DNA from: Candidatus Calescibacterium sp.
GTDB taxonomy: Bacteria; Calescibacteriota; Calescibacteriia; Calescibacteriales; Calescibacteriaceae
Length of the DNA: 17,961 nucleotides
Reading direction: 5' to 3'
Assembly (NCBI GenBank): GCA_032249135.1
Contig: JAVVGL010000035.1
Location: 1-17,961, forward strand
Shown here: one piece after another, positions 1 to 8,574 of the stretch
How positions within the stretch are numbered: position 1 is the stretch's first letter
Layout of the letters: the number at the start of each line of letters is the position of its first letter
Notes under the pieces: model-generated
The model's database searches: none
Seen by the model: the letters and a program-made list of their open reading frames with translations, nothing else
Told to the model about the DNA's origin: nothing
Position numbers and translations under genes: made by a program

Positions 1-98
1 GGGGGTTGTAGTAGTATATCTCCTATTATAACCTCATTTATTTTTGTTTTCTTCTTTTTAATTCTGAAAAGGATAATTCCCAGAGGGAGGAAAATTTT

Positions 99-989
99 AT
101 GAAACTTTATTTTATGCCATTATTCTTTTTTTTCTCTTTATTCTCGATAAATTGTCTTGATCTAAATAAAAGCAGAGAAAATATTAAAAATAAAGAAGCT
201 TGTTTGTATAGAAAAGTACTGATCTATCAACCATTATTTATCATTGATGAGCAGTCGGAAATTTCAGATAGGGAAAGTAAGGCTAAATGGGTTAAATCGG
301 TGGGACTTTTCGACGCAGAGATTCAGGTTATATCAACTGAAGGATCCAAAGTAAGATTTAAAATTATCCAAATACATCGTGTATCTTATTCCCCATATAA
401 TGATGAATATAATAATGGAATTGAATTTAAAGAGAAGTTTAAAAGAAGTTATATTGGAGCTGAATGCGTACTATTGATGAATGTTTCCGAGGAGGAGCTT
501 AAAACTTGGGAAATAGATGAAAAATGCGTTATGAGAACAAATGCTCCGGAAATAAAGTTAGAAGTTGGGAAAAAGTACAGATTTAAGATTTTTGTTTATG
601 TTGGATGGCCAACTAGTTATGAGCTTTTAATTTATAGTGTTCAAGATGGAGAAGAAGAATTGGATTATTTCGGGATCTCTACAGGTTTTTTAGAGGGTTT
701 GGATGGTATTAAGAATTTTGGTTTTAGTGTGTCGCTAAAAGATATGGGGTGCCCTGTGAAGAATAAAAATGTTGATTGTGGGACCATAAGAAATTCATCA
801 GCTATTTTCAGATGCAGCAACGAAGAAATAGAGATTTTTCCATCTCAAAGTGGGGAAATAGTATGTAATGGTAAGCGTTATAAAGTCTATTTATCTTTAT
901 CTCAAATAGTTGAGTACAGACCATATTCATGTGCCGATTGGGGTGATTATATTCTTTCATTCTCTCTGGAGAGAATCAAGGGAAACTAA
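99..989 (+). CDS. Hypothetical exported protein, probable lipoprotein, Cys-rich
   Basis: 296-aa ORF with GGAGG SD about 7 nt upstream. The N-terminus MKLYFMPLFFFFSLFSINC is a hydrophobic signal ending in Cys19 (lipobox-like), and there are 8 further Cys. No family motif recognised. Confidence 0.7.
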   Translation: MKLYFMPLFFFFSLFSINCLDLNKSRENIKNKEACLYRKVLIYQPLFIIDEQSEISDRESKAKWVKSVGLFDAEIQVISTEGSKVRFKIIQIHRVSYSPYNDEYNNGIEFKEKFKRSYIGAECVLLMNVSEEELKTWEIDEKCVMRTNAPEIKLEVGKKYRFKIFVYVGWPTSYELLIYSVQDGEEELDYFGISTGFLEGLDGIKNFGFSVSLKDMGCPVKNKNVDCGTIRNSSAIFRCSNEEIEIFPSQSGEIVCNGKRYKVYLSLSQIVEYRPYSCADWGDYILSFSLERIKGN

Positions 990-1053
990 ATCCTAAAGAT
1001 TTAATGAAAAGAAGAGGTAAATTGCTATGGTCAAATTTTTCGGAATACTATGA

Positions 1054-1419
1054 CTAGCAACTTAGGTTAAGTTTCTCTAAAATTTTGTATAATATAGCGA
1101 CTACGAATTTGTGAGAATTTGTTGAGAGGTATTTTTTTGAGAGTTTTACAGCATGAGAAATCAAAGTTTTCTCATCTACTCCAAGCAAGATTTCAGCTAC
1201 CAGAACTCTCAGGACATCTCTTTCTATTGGTGGAATTATTTTTATGTTTCTTCCCGTTGCCCAGGAAATTAACTCATCTATTTTCTTTTTGTTTTCTATA
1301 TACTTTAACACTACGGGATTTTCTGATACCAGTGATTCCGCTTTTTTCTCTTTACCTTTTATGTCTGATTCAAAAATCTCTTGTAGTGCATCCAGTAATA
1401 TTTTGGAATCTATTCTCAT
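1054..1419 (-). CDS. nusB: NusB-family transcription antitermination protein (divergent)
   Basis: IERDVLRVLVAEIL...ISHAVKLSKKYLSTNSHKFVVAILYKI matches the NusB C-terminal pattern (IDR.ILR....E....I.EAV.LAK.Y....S.KFVNG.L). The length of 121 aa fits. Confidence 0.75.
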   Translation of the reverse strand: MRIDSKILLDALQEIFESDIKGKEKKAESLVSENPVVLKYIENKKKIDELISWATGRNIKIIPPIERDVLRVLVAEILLGVDEKTLISHAVKLSKKYLSTNSHKFVVAILYKILEKLNLSC

Positions 1420-1449
1420 AGATAATCATTTGAGTATGGATTTATTCCC

Positions 1450-2634
1450 TTACTTGAATAGATTATTTTCTATTTCTGAAAAATCTATCGCAAAGCTTAT
1501 CCCTTCACTTCCTGCTATTTTCCATGTGTTAATTCCTATGAGGTTTCCTTTTGTATCAAATAAACCCCCACCTGAATTCCCTGGGTTTATTTGAGTATCG
1601 GTTTGTACAACATTATAATCGCATGTTGGTTCAAATATTTCATAATATATGGGGGGAAGGAAGAGCTTATATAAGTCTCTTACATTTCTTTTTGCGGAAA
1701 CTATGCCTGCAGATATGGTCCAACCAAGTCCAAGAGGTTGCCCAACTGCAAAGACTCTATCTCCAACATTGAATTTGTCAGCCTTACTTAAATTGAATTG
1801 TGAGATGTTTTTATTGACTTCAAGGCGAGCTAAATCTATATCACGACAGGATGGAAATTTTGTGTTTGCTACATCTAATTCTGTGCCATCGTAAGCATAT
1901 GCTTTTGTTTTTACCCTTACCTCTGGTAGGTAAGATGAATAAATTTTATAACAAGACATATCTTCAAACTCAAAATTTTCCCAGAAAAAATCATTTATAC
2001 AATTCTTGTTTTTGCCCGCAGCATAATCTTGGAGAATTTTTTCCCAAAGAACCCTGCATGGATATGTTGTTATGTCATTAATATTAAGATTACCTGTTGA
2101 GTAGTATAGAGACAACATATACATACAAGACAGGAAAACTACTCTTGATTTATAACAATCTTCATCAAGGTAGCAACTCCTTTGAAGTCTATACCAGTTT
2201 AGAGTTCTTTGTAAATCTTGGCATTTTGTTAAAGGACATGAGTAAAATCCTGTGGTATTTTCTAAAATTGAATATGGCTCAGCGACATGTCTGTTTGTTA
2301 TGATGTAGCCTTTATATACAACTCCTGAACCTATTGTATTTTCAAACAAATCTGACCATTTGCTATCTTGCAATAGCACGGAAGATGTGATATAAACTGT
2401 TCCTTTTATCATCTTATCTATATCAGCCTTAATTTCTTTCTTGAGAGCTTCAAGTTCTTGCTCTAATTTATCTATTTGTGTGGTGTTATTTTTTAGAAAT
2501 TCAATTTCTTGTTTCAGTTTTTCTGTTTCCTTCTCCAATTTGTCTAATTGTGATGTGTTATCTTTGCCGCAAGAAAAAGCAAAAAAACAAAAAAACAAAA
2601 TAGAAAGAAAAATTAAGTTATCTTGACTTGTCAT
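1450..2634 (-). CDS. Trypsin-like (HtrA/S1C-type) serine protease lipoprotein, no PDZ domain, with N-terminal coiled coil and Cys-rich insertion
   Basis: Motifs GSGV, ITNRHV (H116), DIDLA (D267), VFAVGQPLGL, QTDTQINPGNSGG (S354), LIGINT and FAI. Signal ends in FAFSC22. The protein ends right after the protease domain. Confidence 0.9.
   Translation of the reverse strand: MTSQDNLIFLSILFFCFFAFSCGKDNTSQLDKLEKETEKLKQEIEFLKNNTTQIDKLEQELEALKKEIKADIDKMIKGTVYITSSVLLQDSKWSDLFENTIGSGVVYKGYIITNRHVAEPYSILENTTGFYSCPLTKCQDLQRTLNWYRLQRSCYLDEDCYKSRVVFLSCMYMLSLYYSTGNLNINDITTYPCRVLWEKILQDYAAGKNKNCINDFFWENFEFEDMSCYKIYSSYLPEVRVKTKAYAYDGTELDVANTKFPSCRDIDLARLEVNKNISQFNLSKADKFNVGDRVFAVGQPLGLGWTISAGIVSAKRNVRDLYKLFLPPIYYEIFEPTCDYNVVQTDTQINPGNSGGGLFDTKGNLIGINTWKIAGSEGISFAIDFSEIENNLFK
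2431..2559 (-). repeat. Two-copy tandem repeat (24-aa period) in the protease N-terminal coiled coil
   Basis: NTSQLDKLEKETEKLKQEI (aa 26-44) versus NTTQIDKLEQELEALKKEI (aa 50-68). Confidence 0.7.
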
Positions 2635-2720
2635 ATAGCTAAAATTTAGTTTAAAACAAAAAAAAATATAAATTTCGTGATAAATTTGCGAATTATTTTT
2701 AACTTTTTAGTCTTTATAGT

Positions 2721-3689
2721 ATGGAGCTTAATACAAAATCAAGAACGGAGCCTCTTGTTGAGGTCAAAAACTTAGTAAAATACTACGGAGATAGATTAGC
2801 AGTAGACAATATAAGTTTTGAGGTAGGAAAAGGGGAAATACTCGGATTTTTAGGACCGAATGGAGCTGGCAAAACTACAACTATGAGAATAATTACAGGA
2901 TATATGCCACCTACCCGGGGAGAAGTTAAAGTTTGTGGAATAGATGTTCTTGAAAATCCGGTGGAAGCCAAAAAATTGATAGGTTATCTACCCGAAAATC
3001 CTCCCGTTTACTCTGATATGACAGTTATTTCTTATCTGAAATTTGTTGCAAAACTGAAAAAAGTTCCAAAAAATAAGCTCGGAGAAAGATTAGATTTTGT
3101 ACTTGAAAAATGTGGGCTAAAAGATGTAAAAGGCAGAATAATAGGGAACCTTTCAAGAGGATATAGGCAAAGAGTTGGAATAGCCCAGGCAATAATTCAC
3201 GATCCACAGATTATGATTTTTGATGAACCTACTGTCGGACTTGATCCGCAGCAAGTTGTGGAGATAAGAAATCTCATAAAAGAAATATCAAAAGATAAAA
3301 CTGTTATACTTTCCACTCATATTTTGAGTGAGGTGACAAAAATATGCAATAGGGTTATAATAATATCATCGGGGCGTCTTGTTTTTTCTGAGTATCTTGA
3401 TAGCATAGGGGCTATTGAGGGAGAGAGGAAATTTCTCTTTTGGTTTTCAAATTCTCAGGATGCTCAAATTGCATATAATGCAATAGTGGGGGGCAATCTC
3501 AAAAAAATAAAAGGTGTAAAATTAGAAGACTCAAAAATAACCGTTATATCAGAGGACGATATAAGGAAAGATTTAATAAAAGATTTAGTATCAAAATCCG
3601 GAGTTACACCAGTGAAAGTTGATGAAGAGGTTCCTTCTCTTGAAGAAATATACCTCAAAGTTGTGAGCGGAGTAAATCCACAAGAATGA
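2721..3689 (+). CDS. ABC-2 type ATP-binding protein (GldA-like)
   Basis: Walker A GPNGAGKTT, GYLPENPPVY, signature LSRGYRQRVGIAQA, Walker B MIFDEPTVGLDP, STHILSEV and a C-terminal SLEEIY. Confidence 0.92.
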   Translation: MELNTKSRTEPLVEVKNLVKYYGDRLAVDNISFEVGKGEILGFLGPNGAGKTTTMRIITGYMPPTRGEVKVCGIDVLENPVEAKKLIGYLPENPPVYSDMTVISYLKFVAKLKKVPKNKLGERLDFVLEKCGLKDVKGRIIGNLSRGYRQRVGIAQAIIHDPQIMIFDEPTVGLDPQQVVEIRNLIKEISKDKTVILSTHILSEVTKICNRVIIISSGRLVFSEYLDSIGAIEGERKFLFWFSNSQDAQIAYNAIVGGNLKKIKGVKLEDSKITVISEDDIRKDLIKDLVSKSGVTPVKVDEEVPSLEEIYLKVVSGVNPQE

Positions 3690-3697
3690 AGATATTA

Positions 3698-4891
3698 TTA
3701 TTCCATTATTGATTTTGAATTAAGTTTTGACCCAAATGCAAATTTTGTTGTTTTTTTGTCAAGTATAAAAAGAGATAAAATTGAGATGAAAAATATAATA
3801 GCCGATAGTAAAATCCCCTCAATATTTTTGAGCTTTAAATTTGCCAAAATTATAGCAAAAAAAGATAGAACGCAAGATAAAATATAAAGAAAAATAACTG
3901 CTTTTTTTTGACTTCCGAATATAAAAAATAATCTGTGGTGTATATGGTCCTTCCCTGTAAATGCAAGCCACTCAGATATGCTCTTGACAAGTCCATATTT
4001 TACTCTGAAAATTGTTATCTGGATCATATCAAAAAGAAGAACCCATAAGGTCAGCATAGGTAAAGTGAATACTTTCCAGTACTCTCCCGGTGAAGCCCAT
4101 GCAACATCTGCTGCAAGTGAAGATAGAACAAAACCACAAAACTGGGCTCCGACATCTCCTAAAAAAATCCATGCAGGATTGAAGTTGAAAACAAGAAATC
4201 CAAAAAGAGCTCCAATTAAAGGGGCAGAAAGAGAAAAAATTTCTGGCTGACCGTTGATATAGGAGATAAGTGAAATAAAAAATGCTATTATTATTCCCAG
4301 ACCTGCAGCGAGACCATCAAGACCATCTATGAAGTTGTAAGCGTTTGTGAATCCTATTATCCATATTATAGTTAGTGATGAGTTGAGAATTTGCCCCCAG
4401 GTTTCATGAGTGGGAAAAAGTCTTAAAGAAATTTCATTATCTATAACCCATAGAGCTAAAAAGAACTGAACTATCAATCTGATTTTTGCTGGTATGCTTA
4501 TTATATCATCTAAAAGTCCGACAAGGGCTATAATAGCTCCTGCAACCATTACAATTTTGTATTTGTGGGGGAAGGAGTTTTCAGAGAGTAAAATCGCACC
4601 AGCAAAAGCCAAAGCAACTGCTAATCCCCCTATTCTACCGACTTCCCCAAAATGAATTTTCCTATCATCAGGTTTATCTACAATTCTTAAAATTCGTGAT
4701 AGCTCATACATAGATGGGGTAAGTATGAGCGAAAGTAAAAACGAGGAAAGAAGAAGAAAAAGGCTTTGGGGAAGTCCGGTTATGTTCCACAAGGCATTTG
4801 ATAAAAATAAAATAACGAAAACGACCGAGAAACCTTTTGGTTCTTTGAAGAAAAGTCTTACGCTCTCAAATTTATTTTGCTCTGAGTTCAT
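3698..4891 (-). CDS. Undecaprenyl-phosphate GlcNAc-1-phosphate transferase (WecA/TagO, MraY-like polyprenyl-phosphate transferase family)
   Basis: Motifs DKPDDRKIH, GGLAV, GLLDD, NAYNFIDGLDGLA, FNFNPAWIFLGDVG and HIHHRL, with many hydrophobic segments. Confidence 0.9.
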   Translation of the reverse strand: MNSEQNKFESVRLFFKEPKGFSVVFVILFLSNALWNITGLPQSLFLLLSSFLLSLILTPSMYELSRILRIVDKPDDRKIHFGEVGRIGGLAVALAFAGAILLSENSFPHKYKIVMVAGAIIALVGLLDDIISIPAKIRLIVQFFLALWVIDNEISLRLFPTHETWGQILNSSLTIIWIIGFTNAYNFIDGLDGLAAGLGIIIAFFISLISYINGQPEIFSLSAPLIGALFGFLVFNFNPAWIFLGDVGAQFCGFVLSSLAADVAWASPGEYWKVFTLPMLTLWVLLFDMIQITIFRVKYGLVKSISEWLAFTGKDHIHHRLFFIFGSQKKAVIFLYILSCVLSFFAIILANLKLKNIEGILLSAIIFFISILSLFILDKKTTKFAFGSKLNSKSIME

Positions 4892-5550
4892 TCTTTTGAA
4901 CTTTTTGGTTTTCCATTCATAACTTCAAGGATTTCAAGGAACTGGAACCTATATGGATGGAATCCCTCCGCATATTCACATCTTGCTTGAATTCCTCTAA
5001 AATTCGCTGTTGATTTTGCTACTTCAAGTATATCAAGTTTCCCAATATTTACTTTGTAAACTTGAGATTCATGAGCGGCAAGGAGTTTAAGTTTTTCTTC
5101 AAGAACATCTGATATGTCTGTGAAGACATCCGGTTTGAAAGTCGCGGATGTACTTGGAACTTCATAAAAAAGAACATTTCTTGAATATCTTGTTGCAGTT
5201 ATTGCAGATTTGGAGAGGGCGTAGTGATCCTGATGAGTATCTTCATAAAAATTTACAAAAATTATAGATGGTTCTGTTTTTTTTATAACATCTTCTAATT
5301 TTGTTATGAGCTCTTTTGAGTAAATCAAGGATGTGTCTTTCATTCCACCGAAGATTAATTCAGCTCCAAGAATTTCAGCAGCTTTTTTAGCTTCTCCCAG
5401 TCTTATTTCGGGGTCTCCTCCAAGTTCTCCTGCTGTTGCTACGAACAGAAAAATTTCGCTTCCAAGTTTTTTCAGTTTAATTAGAGTTCCTCCACAGCCA
5501 AACTCTATATCATCTGGATGAGCCCCTATTGCAAGGACTCTTAACGTCAT
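4888..5550 (-). CDS. PIG-L/LmbE-family N-acetylglucosaminyl deacetylase
   Basis: Zn-binding motifs GAHPDDIEFG and HQDH, plus HESQ and YAEGF. GGAG SD upstream. Its stop overlaps the next start (ATGA, 4888-4891). Confidence 0.92.
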   Translation of the reverse strand: MTLRVLAIGAHPDDIEFGCGGTLIKLKKLGSEIFLFVATAGELGGDPEIRLGEAKKAAEILGAELIFGGMKDTSLIYSKELITKLEDVIKKTEPSIIFVNFYEDTHQDHYALSKSAITATRYSRNVLFYEVPSTSATFKPDVFTDISDVLEEKLKLLAAHESQVYKVNIGKLDILEVAKSTANFRGIQARCEYAEGFHPYRFQFLEILEVMNGKPKSSKE

Positions 5551-5729
5551 CTCTTTTTGCTCCTTTTTACTTTTGGTCTTAAACTTTTTATTTTACGATT
5601 TCCATTTAAAAATTTTTCATTTTCACAAAGTATTTCATATTTTAGGGAAAATTTCTTTTTTTAAAAATTCCAGAAAAAAATTAAGTTTTCTTAATAAATA
5701 ACTTATTAAATTTTAGCATTTGCAACTTT

Positions 5730-6518
5730 TTATTCGCAATAATAATATATGAAAATATAAGAGCCTCCTTCATTTTTGTTTTGTATTAGGATTCCTCCTT
5801 TTTTTTCGCTGACAAGTTTGTATATAGAAAAAAGTCCCATACCTCGCCCAGAGTGTAAGCTTGCTGATTTCGATAATCCGACAAGAGCTTGAAATCCTTC
5901 ATTTTGTATCTTATCAAGTACTGTGCGAGAAAATCCTGCTCCATCATCCTCATAATGTATTTTTATTTTATTTCCTTCTTTCTCTACAAAAAATTTTACA
6001 TTTCCTTCTTCTCTCCCCCTAAAAGCATGTTCTAATGCGTTTCTTATAAGATTGACAAAAATATGAATAATTTTTGCTATTTCTGATTTTTCAATATATC
6101 CATTTATTTTGAGTTCAAGATTTGCCTTTTTGCCAATGGCTCTTGAATATTCATCAAAAAATTTTTTCATCTCTTCCAAAAAATTTTCCTGAGAAGATAT
6201 TTCAGGATTTTCTTTTGCCTTTATTCTTGATTTGGCGAATATTAATCCATTTTTGAATTTCTCTATCTCTTGTTCAGTTGCAAATTTTTTTTCTCTCCAT
6301 GATGATATTTCATCTTCAAGCTGATGCAGAACATTTGCAACTTCATCAAGTCCAAAAAACGTAGATTCCCCTTTTACTGTGTGTATTGCAGAAAATATAT
6401 CATAAATTTTTTTTTCATTAAAATTTGAGCGTAGTTCATCTATATCATTTATTGCTTTCTCTAAAATTTCAAGAGCAGAATTTTTGAATACCTGGAAAAC
6501 TTCTATATCCGTTATCAT
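5730..6518 (-). CDS. Minimal CheA-like histidine kinase (Hpt + HATPase_c only)
   Basis: Hpt motif IFSAIHTVKGES (H46), N box NLIRNALEH, G1 EDDGAG and CheA-type G2 SGRGMGL. It is 262 aa with no CheW domain. Confidence 0.82.
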   Translation of the reverse strand: MITDIEVFQVFKNSALEILEKAINDIDELRSNFNEKKIYDIFSAIHTVKGESTFFGLDEVANVLHQLEDEISSWREKKFATEQEIEKFKNGLIFAKSRIKAKENPEISSQENFLEEMKKFFDEYSRAIGKKANLELKINGYIEKSEIAKIIHIFVNLIRNALEHAFRGREEGNVKFFVEKEGNKIKIHYEDDGAGFSRTVLDKIQNEGFQALVGLSKSASLHSGRGMGLFSIYKLVSEKKGGILIQNKNEGGSYIFIYYYCE

Positions 6519-6680
6519 AATCTCTTCATTATCCTATGTTTTGAATATCTACTTAAATTTTAGTCCTTCTGAAATAGATTTTTCTTTAAATAATAGAGTT
6601 CGGCAAAATTTTGAAAATTGTTTTTGTTTCGTTTTGTTTGAAAATTTAATTTTCTATTCAAGATTTTGTTTGTGTCTTTG

Positions 6681-7376
6681 ATGCTTGAGGTTCACGGAAT
6701 AGAAAAAAAATTAGGAAAAAGAAATGTAGTAAATGGTATTTCTTTTTCGTGTAGGTCAGGGGAAAGAGTTGCAATAATTGGACCGAACGGAGCTGGGAAA
6801 ACAACAACTCTTCTTATAATAGCAGGTTTTTATAAACCAGACAAAGGAAAAATTTTTCTTGATGGTCAAGACATCACAGATTATCCTCCTTATAAGCGTC
6901 AAATAGCTTATTTGCCCCAGGAGTGTTCCTTGTTTGAGGATATGACTTTATATGAGAATTTTGAAGTGGCTTGTGAGCTTGCAGGGGTAAGCAAAAACAT
7001 AATAGAAAAAATAGCTGAGGAATTTGGAATAAAAAATTTGCTAAATCAGAAAGTTGAGTCGCTATCTGGTGGAGAGAAAAGGAAAGCAGAGATATCAAGA
7101 CTTTCCATTCTTTCTCCGAAGTTTTTAGTTTTAGATGAACCATTTGCGGGAATAGATCCGAAATCAGTTGCCTCTTTGATTGAGTTTATCATATCTATTT
7201 CAGAAAAGGGTATAGGTATAATAATTTCTGACCATAATGTGAGGGATGTTTTGCGTTTGTGTACGACAATCCATCTTATTTATGATGGTAAAATAGTTGA
7301 AAGCGGTACACCACAAGATATAATAAAATCAATAAAAGCTAAACAGTTCTTTTTTGGAGATACTTTTGAACTGTAA
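6681..7376 (+). CDS. lptB: LPS export ABC transporter ATP-binding protein LptB
   Basis: Motifs GPNGAGKTT, YLPQE.S.F, LSGGEKRKAEI, LDEPFAGIDP and ISDHNVRD, plus the C-terminal FFG..F.L typical of LptB. ATG 6681 is preferred to the track's TTG 6666. Confidence 0.85.
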   Translation: MLEVHGIEKKLGKRNVVNGISFSCRSGERVAIIGPNGAGKTTTLLIIAGFYKPDKGKIFLDGQDITDYPPYKRQIAYLPQECSLFEDMTLYENFEVACELAGVSKNIIEKIAEEFGIKNLLNQKVESLSGGEKRKAEISRLSILSPKFLVLDEPFAGIDPKSVASLIEFIISISEKGIGIIISDHNVRDVLRLCTTIHLIYDGKIVESGTPQDIIKSIKAKQFFFGDTFEL

Positions 7377-7493
7377 ATAAAAAAAGAAAATTTTTTGAGG
7401 AAAAGTTTTTTAAATTTAAAATATTTTTTAGATAAAAAATTTTTTTTGTTTCAAGATAAAAATTCTGCTAAAATTTAATTTGAATTTGTAAGA

Positions 7494-8432
7494 ATGGTTT
7501 TTGTGAATATATTTTTTGGTCTTGTAATAAAGTTTGCCTCAATTGCTCCTGAGGGTTCATACTGGTATGATGTAGCGATGAAAATAAAGAAAAATTTAGA
7601 GTATGATGATGTAAAAGTTATAGTTTATGCAGGAGCAGCTATGGGGGATGAAGCTGATATAGTAAGGAAAATAAGAATTGGTCAATTACACGCTGCTGGT
7701 CTTACAAGTCACGGTTTGGAGATGATTTCACCCGAAGTGAGAGCTTATGATATACCACAGGTTTTTAAGTCGTATGAGGAGTTTTTTGAAGTGAGAGATA
7801 GGCTTTTTCCAGAGCTTTCAAGAAGATATTATGAGAAAGGATATGTTCTTTTGAGCCACTTTGCAATAGGTTTTGTGTATATATTCTCAAAGTCGGAAAA
7901 TATTTGGGGTTCTTCTTTATGGGTATGGATAGGAGATGTGCTCGCAAAGTATCAAGCCATTGAATTAGTAGGACTTTTCAAGGTTGTTCCTTTGCAGATA
8001 ACCGATGTTTTACAAGCCCTCGCAACAGGTATGGTAGATACAGTTTTTAATACTTTCTATGCACTTCATGCATTACAGTGGAATAAATTTGTCAAATCTT
8101 ATATTCCTGTTCCTCAGTATATATATTCGGCGGGAATAGTTATGAGAAAAGATATATGGGAAAAGGTACAAGAAGAAAAGAGGGATTCTGCGCAAAAACT
8201 TATATGGGAATATGGAATAAAAACAGAAAGAGATATAATTAAGATAGAAGAAAATGTCAGGGAAGAGTTTTTGAAAAAAATAAAGGCGGAGAATAATCCT
8301 GAAAAGATTAAAGAACTTGAAAAAATAAATGAGAAGATAAAACAAAAAATATTGCAAGACAACAAGGAAATAAGAGATTTTTACAGCCTCATAGAAAAAG
8401 AACTCGCAAGAATAAGAAGAGAAAAGAAGTAA
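7494..8432 (+). CDS. TRAP transporter substrate-binding protein (DctP family, TPAT/TatP-like)
   Basis: IKFASIAPEGSYW, GAAMGDEADIVRKIRIGQLHAA and DVLQALATGMVDT, which I recall as typical of TP0957-like DctP proteins. Confidence 0.82.
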   Translation: MVFVNIFFGLVIKFASIAPEGSYWYDVAMKIKKNLEYDDVKVIVYAGAAMGDEADIVRKIRIGQLHAAGLTSHGLEMISPEVRAYDIPQVFKSYEEFFEVRDRLFPELSRRYYEKGYVLLSHFAIGFVYIFSKSENIWGSSLWVWIGDVLAKYQAIELVGLFKVVPLQITDVLQALATGMVDTVFNTFYALHALQWNKFVKSYIPVPQYIYSAGIVMRKDIWEKVQEEKRDSAQKLIWEYGIKTERDIIKIEENVREEFLKKIKAENNPEKIKELEKINEKIKQKILQDNKEIRDFYSLIEKELARIRREKK

Positions 8433-8574
8433 AAAGAAAGGAGAAAGAGAAAAAAAGAAAAGAAAGAAAGTAAGAATGTTTCAAAAATACCTCTTGGAGT
8501 TCAGGAATTACTAAAATATAACTACTTGAATATAAACTGTTAGTTTTGTTTTTTTATAAGAAATTCATCAAAAG

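Noticed and set aside
1-40. gggggttgtagtagtata as a tRNA 5' end
   Set aside because: No D-loop GG, anticodon stem, TTC-loop or acceptor pairing follows.
1915-2274. Protease insertion as an intein or intron
   Set aside because: No intein terminal motifs or homing-endonuclease motifs, and the frame is continuous.
7377-7493. Alternating A and T tracts (also 5551-5729 and 6540-6680) as terminators, ncRNA or an origin
   Set aside because: No GC-rich stem, DnaA boxes or recognisable RNA motif. Such tracts are expected in AT-rich intergenic DNA.
8433-8476. Purine-rich gaaa tract after the DctP gene
   Set aside because: Low complexity with no regular repeat-spacer structure, so not CRISPR or a defined element.
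8484-8505. aaatacctcttggagttc as a CsoR-type operator
   Set aside because: It lacks the G-tract and closing GTA dyad and is far from copA.
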